Shown here: piece after piece, positions 22,715-32,464 of the stretch | How positions within the stretch are numbered: position 1 is the first letter of the stretch | Layout of the letters: every line of letters begins with the position of its first letter | Source of the DNA: an uncultured Bacteroidales bacterium | Lineage (GTDB): Bacteria > Bacteroidota > Bacteroidia > Bacteroidales > UBA11471 | Assembly: GCA_944325415.1 (NCBI GenBank) | Contig: CALUZW010000003.1 | Location: 10,496 to 74,495, forward strand | DNA: 64,000 nt | Direction: 5' to 3' | Notes under the pieces: model-generated | What the model was told of the DNA's origin: nothing | What the model saw: the letters and a program-made list of their open reading frames with translations, nothing else | Databases searched by the model: none | Program-made: the position numbers and the translations under genes

Positions 22715-24343
22715 TCAACGGTCGATATCGGGTACTACATAATCGAGCGAACCGCCGATGGTGATAAGGTCGGCTATCTTGGCTCCTCTCACGAGATGGT
22801 CTACGACACCCACCAATGCAAATCCCGGCGATACGACTTTGAGACGGTAAGGTGTCTTGTCGCCCCGGCTTTCGAGGTAGATGCCGAAAGCTCCACGCGA
22901 GGCTTCCACCTGTTTGAAGTAGCGGCCCTCGGGTACCTTGATAATGGGTTTGGTCTTGACGGCATAGTCGCCTTCGGGTATATTATCGACGAGCTGTTCG
23001 AGAATGTGAAGCGATTGCACAATCTCTTCGAGACGCACGTTGTAACGGGCATAGGAGTCGCCCTCGTGCGACAGCACTTCGTCGAACTGTACCTTGTCAT
23101 AGGCAGCATAGGGAGTGCGCTTGCGCACGTCGCAGGCCCAACCCGAGGCACGACCCGTAGGACCGGTCGCATTGTAACGTATGGCATCTTCGAGCGAAAG
23201 GTGTCCGACGCCTATCATACGGTTACGGGCGATAACATTGCCGGTAAACACTTCATTGTATTCTTTCAGGCGCGCGGGCATGATTTTGATGAATTCCTTG
23301 ACCTTGCGCTGGAAATCGGGGTGTATGTCGGCCATGACACCACCGATGGTGTTATAGTTCATCGACATGCGGGCACCGCAGGTCTCCTCAAAGATGTCGA
23401 GTACCAGCTCCCGCTCACGGAATCCGTAGAAGAAGGCGGTCAAGGCACCGAGGTCCATGCACAGGGTTGAGAAGAAGAGCAGGTGCGAAGAGATACGCAT
23501 CAACTCGTCCATCATCGTGCGGATATACTGGGCACGCTGGGGAACTTCGAGTTGCAGGGCATCTTCGATACACATGCACAGGGCGTGACGGTTCTGATGG
23601 GCCGAGAGATAATCGAGACGGTCGGTCATGTGGAGGGTCTGCGGATAGGTCATGCCTTCCCACAGTTTTTCTATACCGCGGTGTATGTAACCGCAATGCA
23701 CATCGACCTTCTTGATAATTTCACCTTCGAGAGAGGTGCGGAAACGCAATACACCGTGGGTAGCGGGGTGCTGCGGACCGATATTGACGATATAATCGTT
23801 TTTCTCAAAGATGTCGACAACTTTCTTTTCTACCTTTCCGTCAGGGCTCATGGCCAGCGAAATGGTTGTGTCGGCACACTCTTCGTTGGTCTCGGGTATG
23901 GGGTTGTTTTCCCGGCTGGTGTCGTAATCTTTACGCAGGGGGTAGCCGTTCCAGTCTTCACGGAGGAAGATGCGACGCATATCGGGGTGGCCAATAAAAC
24001 GAATACCGTAGAAGTCGTAGACCTCACGCTCTTCAAAATTGGCATTGGCCCAGATATCGCTCACCGAATAAAGTATCGGATCTTTACGGTCGGCCGTTGC
24101 GGCTTTGAGAATCACCCAATGGTTGTATTTTACCGAGTTGAGGTAGTAGACCACACCCAGCGTCTCGCCCCAGTCCATTCCGACAAGGGCCGCCAGGTTA
24201 TCAAACTGCAACTCGCCGTCGTCGTGCAAGTAACGGGCCAAGGCGGGCAGTTTCTCGGCCGGGACGGCGAAGGTAGGGTATTGACCCTCTTCATAAACAG
24301 CTTCCGGGAGGAAAGCGGCTATCTTTTCTTGTATATTTGCCAT
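22715..24343 (-). CDS. nuoCD: Fused NADH-quinone oxidoreductase subunit C/D
   Basis: EREVYDFYGI...GHPDMRRI...PLRKDY (NuoC part) followed by GPQHPATHGVLR, HRGIEK, DRLDY and C-terminal DIDR (NuoD part). Confidence 0.95.
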   Translation of the reverse strand: MANIQEKIAAFLPEAVYEEGQYPTFAVPAEKLPALARYLHDDGELQFDNLAALVGMDWGETLGVVYYLNSVKYNHWVILKAATADRKDPILYSVSDIWANANFEEREVYDFYGIRFIGHPDMRRIFLREDWNGYPLRKDYDTSRENNPIPETNEECADTTISLAMSPDGKVEKKVVDIFEKNDYIVNIGPQHPATHGVLRFRTSLEGEIIKKVDVHCGYIHRGIEKLWEGMTYPQTLHMTDRLDYLSAHQNRHALCMCIEDALQLEVPQRAQYIRTMMDELMRISSHLLFFSTLCMDLGALTAFFYGFRERELVLDIFEETCGARMSMNYNTIGGVMADIHPDFQRKVKEFIKIMPARLKEYNEVFTGNVIARNRMIGVGHLSLEDAIRYNATGPTGRASGWACDVRKRTPYAAYDKVQFDEVLSHEGDSYARYNVRLEEIVQSLHILEQLVDNIPEGDYAVKTKPIIKVPEGRYFKQVEASRGAFGIYLESRGDKTPYRLKVVSPGFALVGVVDHLVRGAKIADLITIGGSLDYVVPDIDR

Positions 24344-24361
24344 TAAAGGAAAACTTGCGGG

Positions 24362-24958
24362 TTAATCTTCGGATTCTTCTATCGGTTTCTGCTCCTGACG
24401 GTTTACGCCGCCGAAATATTTTTCGAGCTTGACTTTGCGCTGCAACTGCATCATGCCGTAAAGCATGGCTTCGGGCCGGGGCGGACAGCCGGGTATATAC
24501 ACATCGACGGGCAATATCTCGCCTACACCGTTGAGCACATGATAAGAGTTTTTGAACGGACCGCCCGAAACAGCACAACCGCCAACGGCTATGACATATT
24601 TCGGCTCGGCCATCTGGTCGTAAAGACGCCGCAGTACGGGGGCCATTTTGTGTACTATCGTGCCGGCGACCATGATAAAGTCGGCCTGACGCGGACTGGC
24701 ACGGGCCACCTCAAACCCGAATCGCGCCATGTCATAGCGCGCAGCTCCTACCGACATAAATTCGATACCGCAACAGCTGGTAGCGAACGTAAGCGGCCAG
24801 AGAGAATTGGATCGGCCCCAATTTATAACGTCGTCGAGGACCCCCATCACCACATTTGTACCGTTGGCGCGGAGCTCCTCAACCATTTTTTCGAGCGACT
24901 CATTATCCTTGAAGTCCTCGTATTTCATCGACTTTATCTTCGGTTTTTTCATTTCCAT
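24362..24958 (-). CDS. nuoB: NADH-quinone oxidoreductase subunit B
   Basis: [20 protein letters not shown] and PGCPPRPE; start at MEMKKP overlaps the nuoA stop. Confidence 0.95.
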   Translation of the reverse strand: MEMKKPKIKSMKYEDFKDNESLEKMVEELRANGTNVVMGVLDDVINWGRSNSLWPLTFATSCCGIEFMSVGAARYDMARFGFEVARASPRQADFIMVAGTIVHKMAPVLRRLYDQMAEPKYVIAVGGCAVSGGPFKNSYHVLNGVGEILPVDVYIPGCPPRPEAMLYGMMQLQRKVKLEKYFGGVNRQEQKPIEESED

Positions 24959-25299
24959 TCCAATGCTCCTTTCTTCCATGCATAGGCAAGGCCGAATACA
25001 AGGATTACCAAGAAAAACAAAATGTTTACCAATCCGGCAACACCCAAATCACGGACGATAACCGCCCACGGAAAGAGAAGCACCGTCTCGACATCGAACA
25101 TCAAGAACAGAATGGCAAACAGATAATATCCCACCTTAAACTGCATCCACGATGTTCCGTGTGTGGGAATACCGCACTCATAGGCCTCTCCTTTCTGCCT
25201 GTTGTATGAGCGGGGTGAGATGAACCATGCGATGAGCAGGGCTGCCGTCACCAGCACGATGCCGGTAAGGAAGACGACTACTAACAATGACAAATTCAT
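24949..25299 (-). CDS. nuoA: NADH-quinone oxidoreductase subunit A
   Basis: YECG, FLMFDVE and WKKGALEW. Confidence 0.96.
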   Translation of the reverse strand: MNLSLLVVVFLTGIVLVTAALLIAWFISPRSYNRQKGEAYECGIPTHGTSWMQFKVGYYLFAILFLMFDVETVLLFPWAVIVRDLGVAGLVNILFFLVILVFGLAYAWKKGALEWK

Positions 25300-25651
25300 T
25301 TTACCTATATCAAACTAACAACTTGTTATTCAATACTTTGTTAAATAAACAGAAATAACGAAGCCCTTTCTGCAAGACTTCGAAAAGAATGGGTATGAAC
25401 CTCTTTTTTCAAAACTGCTTCAAAGTAACAGAATAAAATGCAGCTGGGCAAATTATTTCCTCAAAAATCGACTTTGCGAACAACTTTTTTAGCACTTCCC
25501 AAACATTTATTTACACTTCTCCGCCACATCATTTTTCTTTATTAAATAGGTGCAGCAAATTGTCTTTTTGACAAAAATACACTATCTTTGCTAAGAGTTA
25601 TCGGCACAACCCGTACCTTTATATGTTATACCGACAGAAACAACCCGTCTC

Positions 25652-26782
25652 ATGAACAACCAACCGTCTGCCTCCGAAATGAAACTATACCCATTGCTCA
25701 CCCCTCTTTCGTGGCTTTACGGGGCTGCCGTATGGGTACGCAACCAACTGTTTGACTGGAACATATTACCCACAGAGAGTTTTGAAATTCCCGTCATCAG
25801 CGTCGGAAACATTACGGTCGGAGGCACCGGAAAAACACCCCACATCGAGCATCTCATACGCGCACTCTCGGAGTCGTCGTTCAAGATAGCGGTTCTGAGC
25901 CGCGGATACAAACGGCACACGCGGGGGTTCAGGCTGGTCACCATGTCGTCGACCGCTGCCGAGGTAGGCGATGAGCCGTTACAAATCAAGCACAAGTTTC
26001 CGACGGCCGTCGTCGCAGTCGACGCCAACCGCCGTCGCGGGATACGCAAGCTCATGGAACAAGCGCCCGACATCGACCTCGTCCTGCTCGACGACGCCTA
26101 CCAGCACCGCTATGTCACCCCCTCGATGTCGATACTCCTCACCAGCTACGAACGCATGATTTACGACGACAAGCTGCTGCCCGCCGGCAGGCTGAGAGAA
26201 CCTGTCGACGAAAAGTCGCGCGCCAACATCGTCATCGTCACCAAGTGCCCCGAAACGCTCAAACCCATCGACTACCGGCTGCTGGCCAAACACCTCAACC
26301 TCTACCCCTACCAGAGCCTCTACTTCACCAGCCTCCTCTACGACGAGCTGAAAGCCGTATTCCCGGCCGAGAACAGCCGGCGCATCACCGTAGAACAACT
26401 GCGCGAAGAGCCCGACGAGGTACTGCTCGTCGCCGGTATCGCCTCACCCGAACTCTTTGCCGGATACATCGGGCAATACACCACCCACACACGGTTGTGG
26501 AACTTCGGCGACCACCACGAATTCTCCTCCCGCGACCTGCGCAAAATCGAGAAGTGGATAGCCTCGGCCGACGAAAACGGCCGCCATGGATACGTCATCG
26601 TAACCGAAAAAGATGCCGCCCGCCTGCTCCACAGCCCGAAAGTTTCGCCGCTGCTGAAAAGCCGGCTCTATTACCTGCCCCTGCGCATACACTTCATGCT
26701 CGGACAGGAAAGCGCATTCAACCAGCAAGTCAAGGAATCTGTCGTGCGTTTCCGCCGGCAGATGATTCAGAAGAAAAAATAA
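25652..26782 (+). CDS. lpxK: Tetraacyldisaccharide 4'-kinase
   Basis: VGNITVGGTGKTP, LSRGY, GDEP, LDDAYQH, LLPAGRLRE and TEKDA; TATCTTTG promoter at 25583. Confidence 0.95.
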   Translation: MNNQPSASEMKLYPLLTPLSWLYGAAVWVRNQLFDWNILPTESFEIPVISVGNITVGGTGKTPHIEHLIRALSESSFKIAVLSRGYKRHTRGFRLVTMSSTAAEVGDEPLQIKHKFPTAVVAVDANRRRGIRKLMEQAPDIDLVLLDDAYQHRYVTPSMSILLTSYERMIYDDKLLPAGRLREPVDEKSRANIVIVTKCPETLKPIDYRLLAKHLNLYPYQSLYFTSLLYDELKAVFPAENSRRITVEQLREEPDEVLLVAGIASPELFAGYIGQYTTHTRLWNFGDHHEFSSRDLRKIEKWIASADENGRHGYVIVTEKDAARLLHSPKVSPLLKSRLYYLPLRIHFMLGQESAFNQQVKESVVRFRRQMIQKKK

Positions 26783-26801
26783 CCCTCAAAAAACGACCGT
26801 C

Positions 26802-27614
26802 ATGCTCGAACAGATAAAAGAGACCGCCGCCTACATATCCAGGCAATTCGGGTCAATTCCCTCCGTCGCCATCATTCTGGGAACCGGACTGGGCGAACTG
26901 GCCGGACACATTACCGACCGCCAGGAGTTACCCTATGCACAGATTCCACACTTCCCCCTGTCGACCGTCGAAGGGCACAGCGGCAAGCTTATCAAGGGTC
27001 GCCTCGGCAACCGCGAGATAATTGCCATGCAGGGCCGTTTCCACTACTACGAAGGCTACACCATGCAGCAAGTAACCTACCCGGTGCGGGTCATGCAGCA
27101 ACTGGGGGTAAAAACGCTTTTCGTATCCAATGCGGCCGGCGGCATGAACCCTGACTTCAAGGTAGGCGACCTCATGCTCATCACCGACCACATCAACACC
27201 TTTCCCGACCACCCTCTGCGCGGGAAAAACTACGATGAACTCGGGCCCCGTTTTCCCGACATGAGCGGCGCCTATACCCCCCGGCTCATAGCCAAAGCCC
27301 TCGACATAGCCCGCCGCAACGGCATTACCGTGCAACAGGGCGTCTACGCCGGCACCCAGGGGCCCTCGTTTGAGACACCGGCCGAGTACCGCTACTTCCG
27401 CACCATAGGGGGCGACGCCGTAGGCATGTCGACCGTACCCGAAGTCATCGTTGCCCACCATGCCGGCATGGAGGTCTTTGCCATCTCGGTCATTACCGAC
27501 TTGGGCGGCTTCGGCGACATCGTCAAATGCTCGCACGAAGAGGTACAGAAGGCAGCCGCCGAAGCCCAGCCCCGCATGACCCTCATCATGCGACAGCTCA
27601 TCGAAGAAATGTAA
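26802..27614 (+). CDS. punA: Purine-nucleoside phosphorylase (trimeric type)
   Basis: ILGTGLG, GRFHYYEG, NAAGG, GPSFETPAE and GMSTVPE. Confidence 0.93.
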   Translation: MLEQIKETAAYISRQFGSIPSVAIILGTGLGELAGHITDRQELPYAQIPHFPLSTVEGHSGKLIKGRLGNREIIAMQGRFHYYEGYTMQQVTYPVRVMQQLGVKTLFVSNAAGGMNPDFKVGDLMLITDHINTFPDHPLRGKNYDELGPRFPDMSGAYTPRLIAKALDIARRNGITVQQGVYAGTQGPSFETPAEYRYFRTIGGDAVGMSTVPEVIVAHHAGMEVFAISVITDLGGFGDIVKCSHEEVQKAAAEAQPRMTLIMRQLIEEM

Positions 27615-27659
27615 ACCTCACAACCAGTCTCTTCATACACACACATTCACAACACACCC

Positions 27660-28730
27660 ATGGAGCATAAACCCCAGACCGATATTTCCACCCTCGGCGA
27701 GTTTGGCCTCATACGGCACCTCACCGAGAATTTTCCTCCCCGAAACGCATCGACCCTCAAAGGTGTGGGCGACGATGCCGCCGTACTCGACTACGGAAAC
27801 AAGCGCACCCTCGTCACCACCGACCTGCTGCTCGAAGGCATACACTTCGACCTCACCTACGTCCCGCTGAAACACCTCGGCTACAAATCGGCCGTCGTCA
27901 ACTTCTCCGACATCTACGCCATGAACGGACGTCCCCGCCAGATTACCGTCTCGCTGGGACTCTCCAAACGCTTCTCGGTCGAAGACATGGAAGAGCTGTA
28001 TGCCGGCATACAGCTGGCCTGCAACATCTACGGCGTCGACCTGGTAGGCGGAGACACCTCGGCCTCACTCACCGGGCTCACCATCAGCATCACCTGCATC
28101 GGCGAAGGTGAAGAGGGAAAAATCGTGTACCGCAACGGCGCCCGGGAAAACGACCTCATCTGCGTAAGCGGCGACCTCGGTGCCGCCTACATGGGGTTGC
28201 AACTGCTCGAACGCGAAAAACATGTCTACGCCGGCGAAAGCGACTTCACCCCCGCCTTTGAAGGCAAAGAGTATATTCTCGAACGCCAACTCAAACCCGA
28301 AGCCCGGAAAGACATCATTGCCGAGCTCGACAAGCGGCACATTGTCCCCACCGCCATGATGGACATCTCCGACGGACTCTCTTCGGAACTGCACCACATC
28401 TGCACCCAGAGCCACACCGGCTGCCGCATCTACGAAGAGCGCATACCCATCGATTACCAGACCGCCGTCATGGCCGAAGAGCTCAACATGAGCCTCGTTA
28501 CCGCCGCCCTCAACGGCGGTGAAGACTACGAACTGCTCTTCACCGTGCCGCTCGGCAGCCACGACGAAGTAGCCGCCATACCCGGTGTACACATCATCGG
28601 CCACATCACGGCCCCTTCGCTGGGACTCTACATGATTTCCCGCGACGGCAACGAAATAGAACTTCGCGCACAAGGCTGGAATTCTCTCTCGGAAGAGAGC
28701 GACGACAAAACGACAGAGGCCTCAGAATAA
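27660..28730 (+). CDS. thiL: Thiamine-monophosphate kinase
   Basis: GEFGLI, GDDAA, NFSDIYAM, GGDT, DISDGL and GGEDYEL. Confidence 0.96.
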   Translation: MEHKPQTDISTLGEFGLIRHLTENFPPRNASTLKGVGDDAAVLDYGNKRTLVTTDLLLEGIHFDLTYVPLKHLGYKSAVVNFSDIYAMNGRPRQITVSLGLSKRFSVEDMEELYAGIQLACNIYGVDLVGGDTSASLTGLTISITCIGEGEEGKIVYRNGARENDLICVSGDLGAAYMGLQLLEREKHVYAGESDFTPAFEGKEYILERQLKPEARKDIIAELDKRHIVPTAMMDISDGLSSELHHICTQSHTGCRIYEERIPIDYQTAVMAEELNMSLVTAALNGGEDYELLFTVPLGSHDEVAAIPGVHIIGHITAPSLGLYMISRDGNEIELRAQGWNSLSEESDDKTTEASE

Positions 28731-28762
28731 ACCCTATCTTACCACATAAAGGACAGACCGCC

Positions 28763-29833
28763 ATGCAAGCAAAATTTTTCGGAGCCGCAGCCCTGCTGTT
28801 TTTAGCAACAGCCTGTGGCCAGAAATTCACCGTAACGGCCGAATGCGACGCCAGCAGCAACGGCAAGCAGGCCTACATCATCGACTTCACAACCGAGCAA
28901 CCCATCGACAGCGTCGTGGTAAACAGCAATCGGGCCGTATTCAAAGGGAAGACCGACGCGACACGGCTGTGCCAACTCTTCGTCGACTCGCCCAGCGGCG
29001 AAAGCGCCGTCTTCATTCTCGAAAAGGGCAACATCGCCATCGACCCCCTGAACTGGACCGTAGCAGGCACCCCGCAGAACGACTCCCTGCAAAACTTCTA
29101 CACCGCTGTCAGAGAGATGCAGGAACAATTCTTTGCCCGCCATCAGGCCCTGGCCGGCACCGATTCCGACACCGAAGCCCAGAGCATCGCCCTGCAAAAA
29201 GAGATGATAGCCTCGCTCGGCAATATCTCCTCGCGGTATGTAAAGACCATGCCGGGAAGCTGCGTCGCCACATACGCCTTGGCCAACTGGCTCAATGCGC
29301 TGGTAGGTAGCGACGACTTCGACGAAGCCGCGGCTCTCGTAACGGAACACGACATGCAATATCCCATCGTGAGCCGAGCCATCGAGACCGACAAACAGCT
29401 CAAAGCCACCCGGCCGGGAGCCATGTTTACCGACTTCACCGTCCTGAACGGCAATCTCGACGGCACCTCGGTATCACTCTCCGACTATGTAGGCAAAGGG
29501 AAATATGTGCTGGTCGACTTTTGGGCATCGTGGTGCGGCCCCTGCCGGGGCGAGATACCCAACCTCAAAGAAATCTACAAGCAACATGCCGGCGACGATT
29601 TTGAAATCGTAAGCGTTGCCGTATGGGACAAGCGCGAAGCTACCCTCAAAGCCCTTGAAGAAGAGCAACTGCCCTGGCCCCAGATTATCGACGCCGGACA
29701 GATACCGACCGAACTTTACGGCATTGACGGCATACCCCAAATCATGCTCTTCGCCCCCGACGGCACCATCGTTGCCCGCGACCTGAGAGGCGACAACCTG
29801 AAACAGCTCATTTCCAAAACACTTCCAAAATAA
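28763..29833 (+). CDS. TlpA/ResA-like thiol-disulfide oxidoreductase lipoprotein (DUF4369-like N-terminus), paralog 1
   Basis: Lipobox LATAC; VDFWASWCGPC; cis-Pro motif GIP. Confidence 0.9.
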   Translation: MQAKFFGAAALLFLATACGQKFTVTAECDASSNGKQAYIIDFTTEQPIDSVVVNSNRAVFKGKTDATRLCQLFVDSPSGESAVFILEKGNIAIDPLNWTVAGTPQNDSLQNFYTAVREMQEQFFARHQALAGTDSDTEAQSIALQKEMIASLGNISSRYVKTMPGSCVATYALANWLNALVGSDDFDEAAALVTEHDMQYPIVSRAIETDKQLKATRPGAMFTDFTVLNGNLDGTSVSLSDYVGKGKYVLVDFWASWCGPCRGEIPNLKEIYKQHAGDDFEIVSVAVWDKREATLKALEEEQLPWPQIIDAGQIPTELYGIDGIPQIMLFAPDGTIVARDLRGDNLKQLISKTLPK

Positions 29834-29842
29834 CCCTGCTCT

Positions 29843-30919
29843 ATGAAGAAATTCTTTCTCTTCCTGGCTCCTGCCCTGCTGCTCACCGCATGCAGCAAAC
29901 CTTACAGCATAACCGTAGACTGTGAGGAAATCAACGACAGTACGACTGTTTACCTCACCGACTATTTCACGGGCGACACGCTCAACAGCACCCACTTCAC
30001 CGACGGTAAAGCCCTCTTCTCGGGCGAAACCGGAAAAGATTTCGTCGGAGAAGTTGTTTTCCAAGAAAAGTCGGCCATCTTTGTCGTAGAACCCGGAGAT
30101 GTACAAATCACCTTCAACCCGGTATTTGACATCATCTATGAAATAAGCGGCACCGAACTCAACGACTCACTGGCTACCATACAAGCCCAGAGCATCAGCC
30201 AACAGTTCGGCCACCTGTTCCAAGTACTTGCCCTCGACTCCAAGGCACCCACCTTTGAAAAGACCCGCGACAGCATCAACGCCGTCAACAACGACATTCT
30301 GCTCAACATCTACAAGGAGGGCGCCCTCAAATACACCGGCACCCCCATCGGCGACTACTGCGTAAGCGAGTGGCTCAGCTACGCCATCGGAAGCGACGAC
30401 TTCGACGAGGCTCTCAGCAACGTACCCTCAAAAATCAAAGAGTCGGCCGCCATACAAAAGTCGGTAACCATACACCGCGGCATGCAGACCAACCGTCCGG
30501 GCAGCCGCTTTGTCGACTTCACCATCGAGAACGGTAACCTCGACGGCACCCCCGTATCTCTCTCCGATTATGTAGGCAAGGGCAAATATGTGCTGGTCGA
30601 CTTCTGGGCATCGTGGTGCGCTCCCTGCCGGGGCGGTATACCGGGCATCAAGAAACTCTATGAGAAATATGCCGGCGACAACTTCGAAGTGGTAAGCGTA
30701 GCCGTATGGGACGAACGTGACGCCACCCTCAAAGCTCTCGAAGAGGAGCAGATGCCCTGGCCGCAAATCATCGACGCACAAGACATTCCCTCGGGAATCT
30801 ATGGCTTCAAGGGCATACCCCAGGTTATCCTCTTCTCGCCCGACGGCACCATCATCGCCCGCGACCTGCACGGCAAAGCCATCGACGAGGCCGTAGAAAA
30901 AGCCCTGAACAACCTGTAA
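29843..30919 (+). CDS. TlpA/ResA-like thiol-disulfide oxidoreductase lipoprotein, paralog 2
   Basis: Lipobox LLTAC; VDFWASWCAPC; GIP. Confidence 0.9.
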   Translation: MKKFFLFLAPALLLTACSKPYSITVDCEEINDSTTVYLTDYFTGDTLNSTHFTDGKALFSGETGKDFVGEVVFQEKSAIFVVEPGDVQITFNPVFDIIYEISGTELNDSLATIQAQSISQQFGHLFQVLALDSKAPTFEKTRDSINAVNNDILLNIYKEGALKYTGTPIGDYCVSEWLSYAIGSDDFDEALSNVPSKIKESAAIQKSVTIHRGMQTNRPGSRFVDFTIENGNLDGTPVSLSDYVGKGKYVLVDFWASWCAPCRGGIPGIKKLYEKYAGDNFEVVSVAVWDERDATLKALEEEQMPWPQIIDAQDIPSGIYGFKGIPQVILFSPDGTIIARDLHGKAIDEAVEKALNNL

Positions 30920-31001
30920 TCCTTCATACACACAACAACATTATTATTAACCTCGTACAGAATCGCCCGTTCAAAGCGGGCGATTCTACCGTAACCACAC
31001 T

Positions 31002-31376
31002 ATGGAAACATTTTTAGTAACTGCCATCGTAAGCATGACACTGGCTCTTACATTCTATTCTATCGGCACATGGGGCGAACACATTGAGAAACGTCTCCGC
31101 CTGTGGCACATCGTTTTCTTCATTCTGGGTCTTTGCGCCGACTCGTTCGGCACAGCTCTGATGACCGAAATGGCCGACCCCGCAAAAAAAGACCTTCTGC
31201 ACGGCATCACCGGTGCAGCCGCCCTCTTTCTAATGGCCGTACACGCCCTTTGGGCCATTCTCACCTATTGGAAAGGAAGCCCGAAGGCAAAACGCAATTT
31301 CAGCAAGTTCAGCGTCTTTGTCTGGGCCTTCTGGCTGATACCCTACGCACTGGGCATCGTACTGGGCATGAAGTAA
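31002..31376 (+). CDS. HsmA / TIGR03987-family four-TM membrane protein
   Basis: LALTFYSIGTW, WH...GL..D..GT..M, HGITG, HALWA and FSVFVWAFWLIPY; His residues lie within the TM helices. Confidence 0.75.
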   Translation: METFLVTAIVSMTLALTFYSIGTWGEHIEKRLRLWHIVFFILGLCADSFGTALMTEMADPAKKDLLHGITGAAALFLMAVHALWAILTYWKGSPKAKRNFSKFSVFVWAFWLIPYALGIVLGMK

Positions 31377-31405
31377 GAGTCCATCTATCGGCTTCATACA
31401 AAGAG

Positions 31406-31437
31406 AGAGAGGCGGCCTTTCACAAGGCCGCCTCTCT
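31406..31437. terminator. Bidirectional terminator
   Basis: AGAGAGGCGGCCTT / AAGGCCGCCTCTCT between convergent genes. Confidence 0.7.
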
Positions 31438-31487
31438 TTCGAATGGGGATATGGTTCCCCCTTTCGCTTATCACGACAGTATGGTAG

Positions 31488-32435
31488 TTATTTCTCTATC
31501 GAAAAGCTGTAAATAATTTTTCCCTTCCCGTTGATCATATACAGGGTGAGTGTATCGTCGTCGGCCGACACCACCGAGAATCCGGCCTCGGAGCTGCAAA
31601 AGAGAGTTCCATCGATGGGCTTGACATCGCGTGCCAGCGATCCCGACGAATTGACCACATACTGCACCTTGCTGCCGGCCGGACGTATGTGCTGGAAATT
31701 GTGTATATGACCGCACAGATAGAGGTCTACGCCGTAGGCATCGAGCAGCGGTTTGAGACGGGCCTGCATATCGAGACGCTCCGAATCGCCCTTGTAGGTC
31801 TCGGCAAAGACCGGGTGATGGCCCATCACGATTTTCCACTTGGCCGTACTGCTTTTAAGCGTCTTTTCTATCCAGTCGAGCTGTTTTTTGAGATTCTGCT
31901 TTCCGGCATCGGCATACTTGTCGCCCTCCTCGCGGTACTTGTCAATCATCGGGGTAGTATCGATAAAGACAAGAAGCATCTTCTCATTGTCGCCGGCCTC
32001 CTGCTCCACAGCATAGTAACGGCCCTTGGTCGACCAGCGACGGCTCACCTTGGTGTAATCGAGAACAGCCTGGGTATTGCCACGATATTCGTGGTTACCG
32101 AGTATGGCATACCAGTCAATCATCAATTCGGGGTGAGAATAGATGAGTTCATAGTTGGTCATCCACAGCGGGTCATCGACCGAAGCCACACCCTCGAAAT
32201 GATGCACATCACCCAGAGCGGCCACAAATTCAATATCGATATTCTCGGCCAGCTCGCCCATCAGTTCGGCAATGGGCTTCTGCTCGTAATAGCCGTTGCG
32301 GCCGAGGTCATTGGCCACGATGAACGAGTGAGCCTCCTCATTTACAGCAGGTACTTCGACTGTGGTCTGGGCCAAGGTGCTGCCAGCAAAGCAGGCCGAC
32401 AGCAGAAGGGTATAGAAAAGATTCTTGATTTTCAT
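31488..32435 (-). CDS. Exported calcineurin-like metallophosphoesterase (acid phosphatase, TRAP/PAP-like)
   Basis: Signal peptide; NDLG, GDVHH, GNHE, VMGHHP and CGHIH metal-ligand motifs. Confidence 0.88.
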   Translation of the reverse strand: MKIKNLFYTLLLSACFAGSTLAQTTVEVPAVNEEAHSFIVANDLGRNGYYEQKPIAELMGELAENIDIEFVAALGDVHHFEGVASVDDPLWMTNYELIYSHPELMIDWYAILGNHEYRGNTQAVLDYTKVSRRWSTKGRYYAVEQEAGDNEKMLLVFIDTTPMIDKYREEGDKYADAGKQNLKKQLDWIEKTLKSSTAKWKIVMGHHPVFAETYKGDSERLDMQARLKPLLDAYGVDLYLCGHIHNFQHIRPAGSKVQYVVNSSGSLARDVKPIDGTLFCSSEAGFSVVSADDDTLTLYMINGKGKIIYSFSIEK

Positions 32436-32464
32436 AAGACGAATATTTAAATTGAGAATAAAAC

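Noticed and set aside
22715-24958. Membrane-bound [NiFe]-hydrogenase interpretation of the NuoEFG-less complex
   Set aside because: The NuoD-like subunit lacks the two CxxC Ni-binding motifs and keeps the quinone-site residues.
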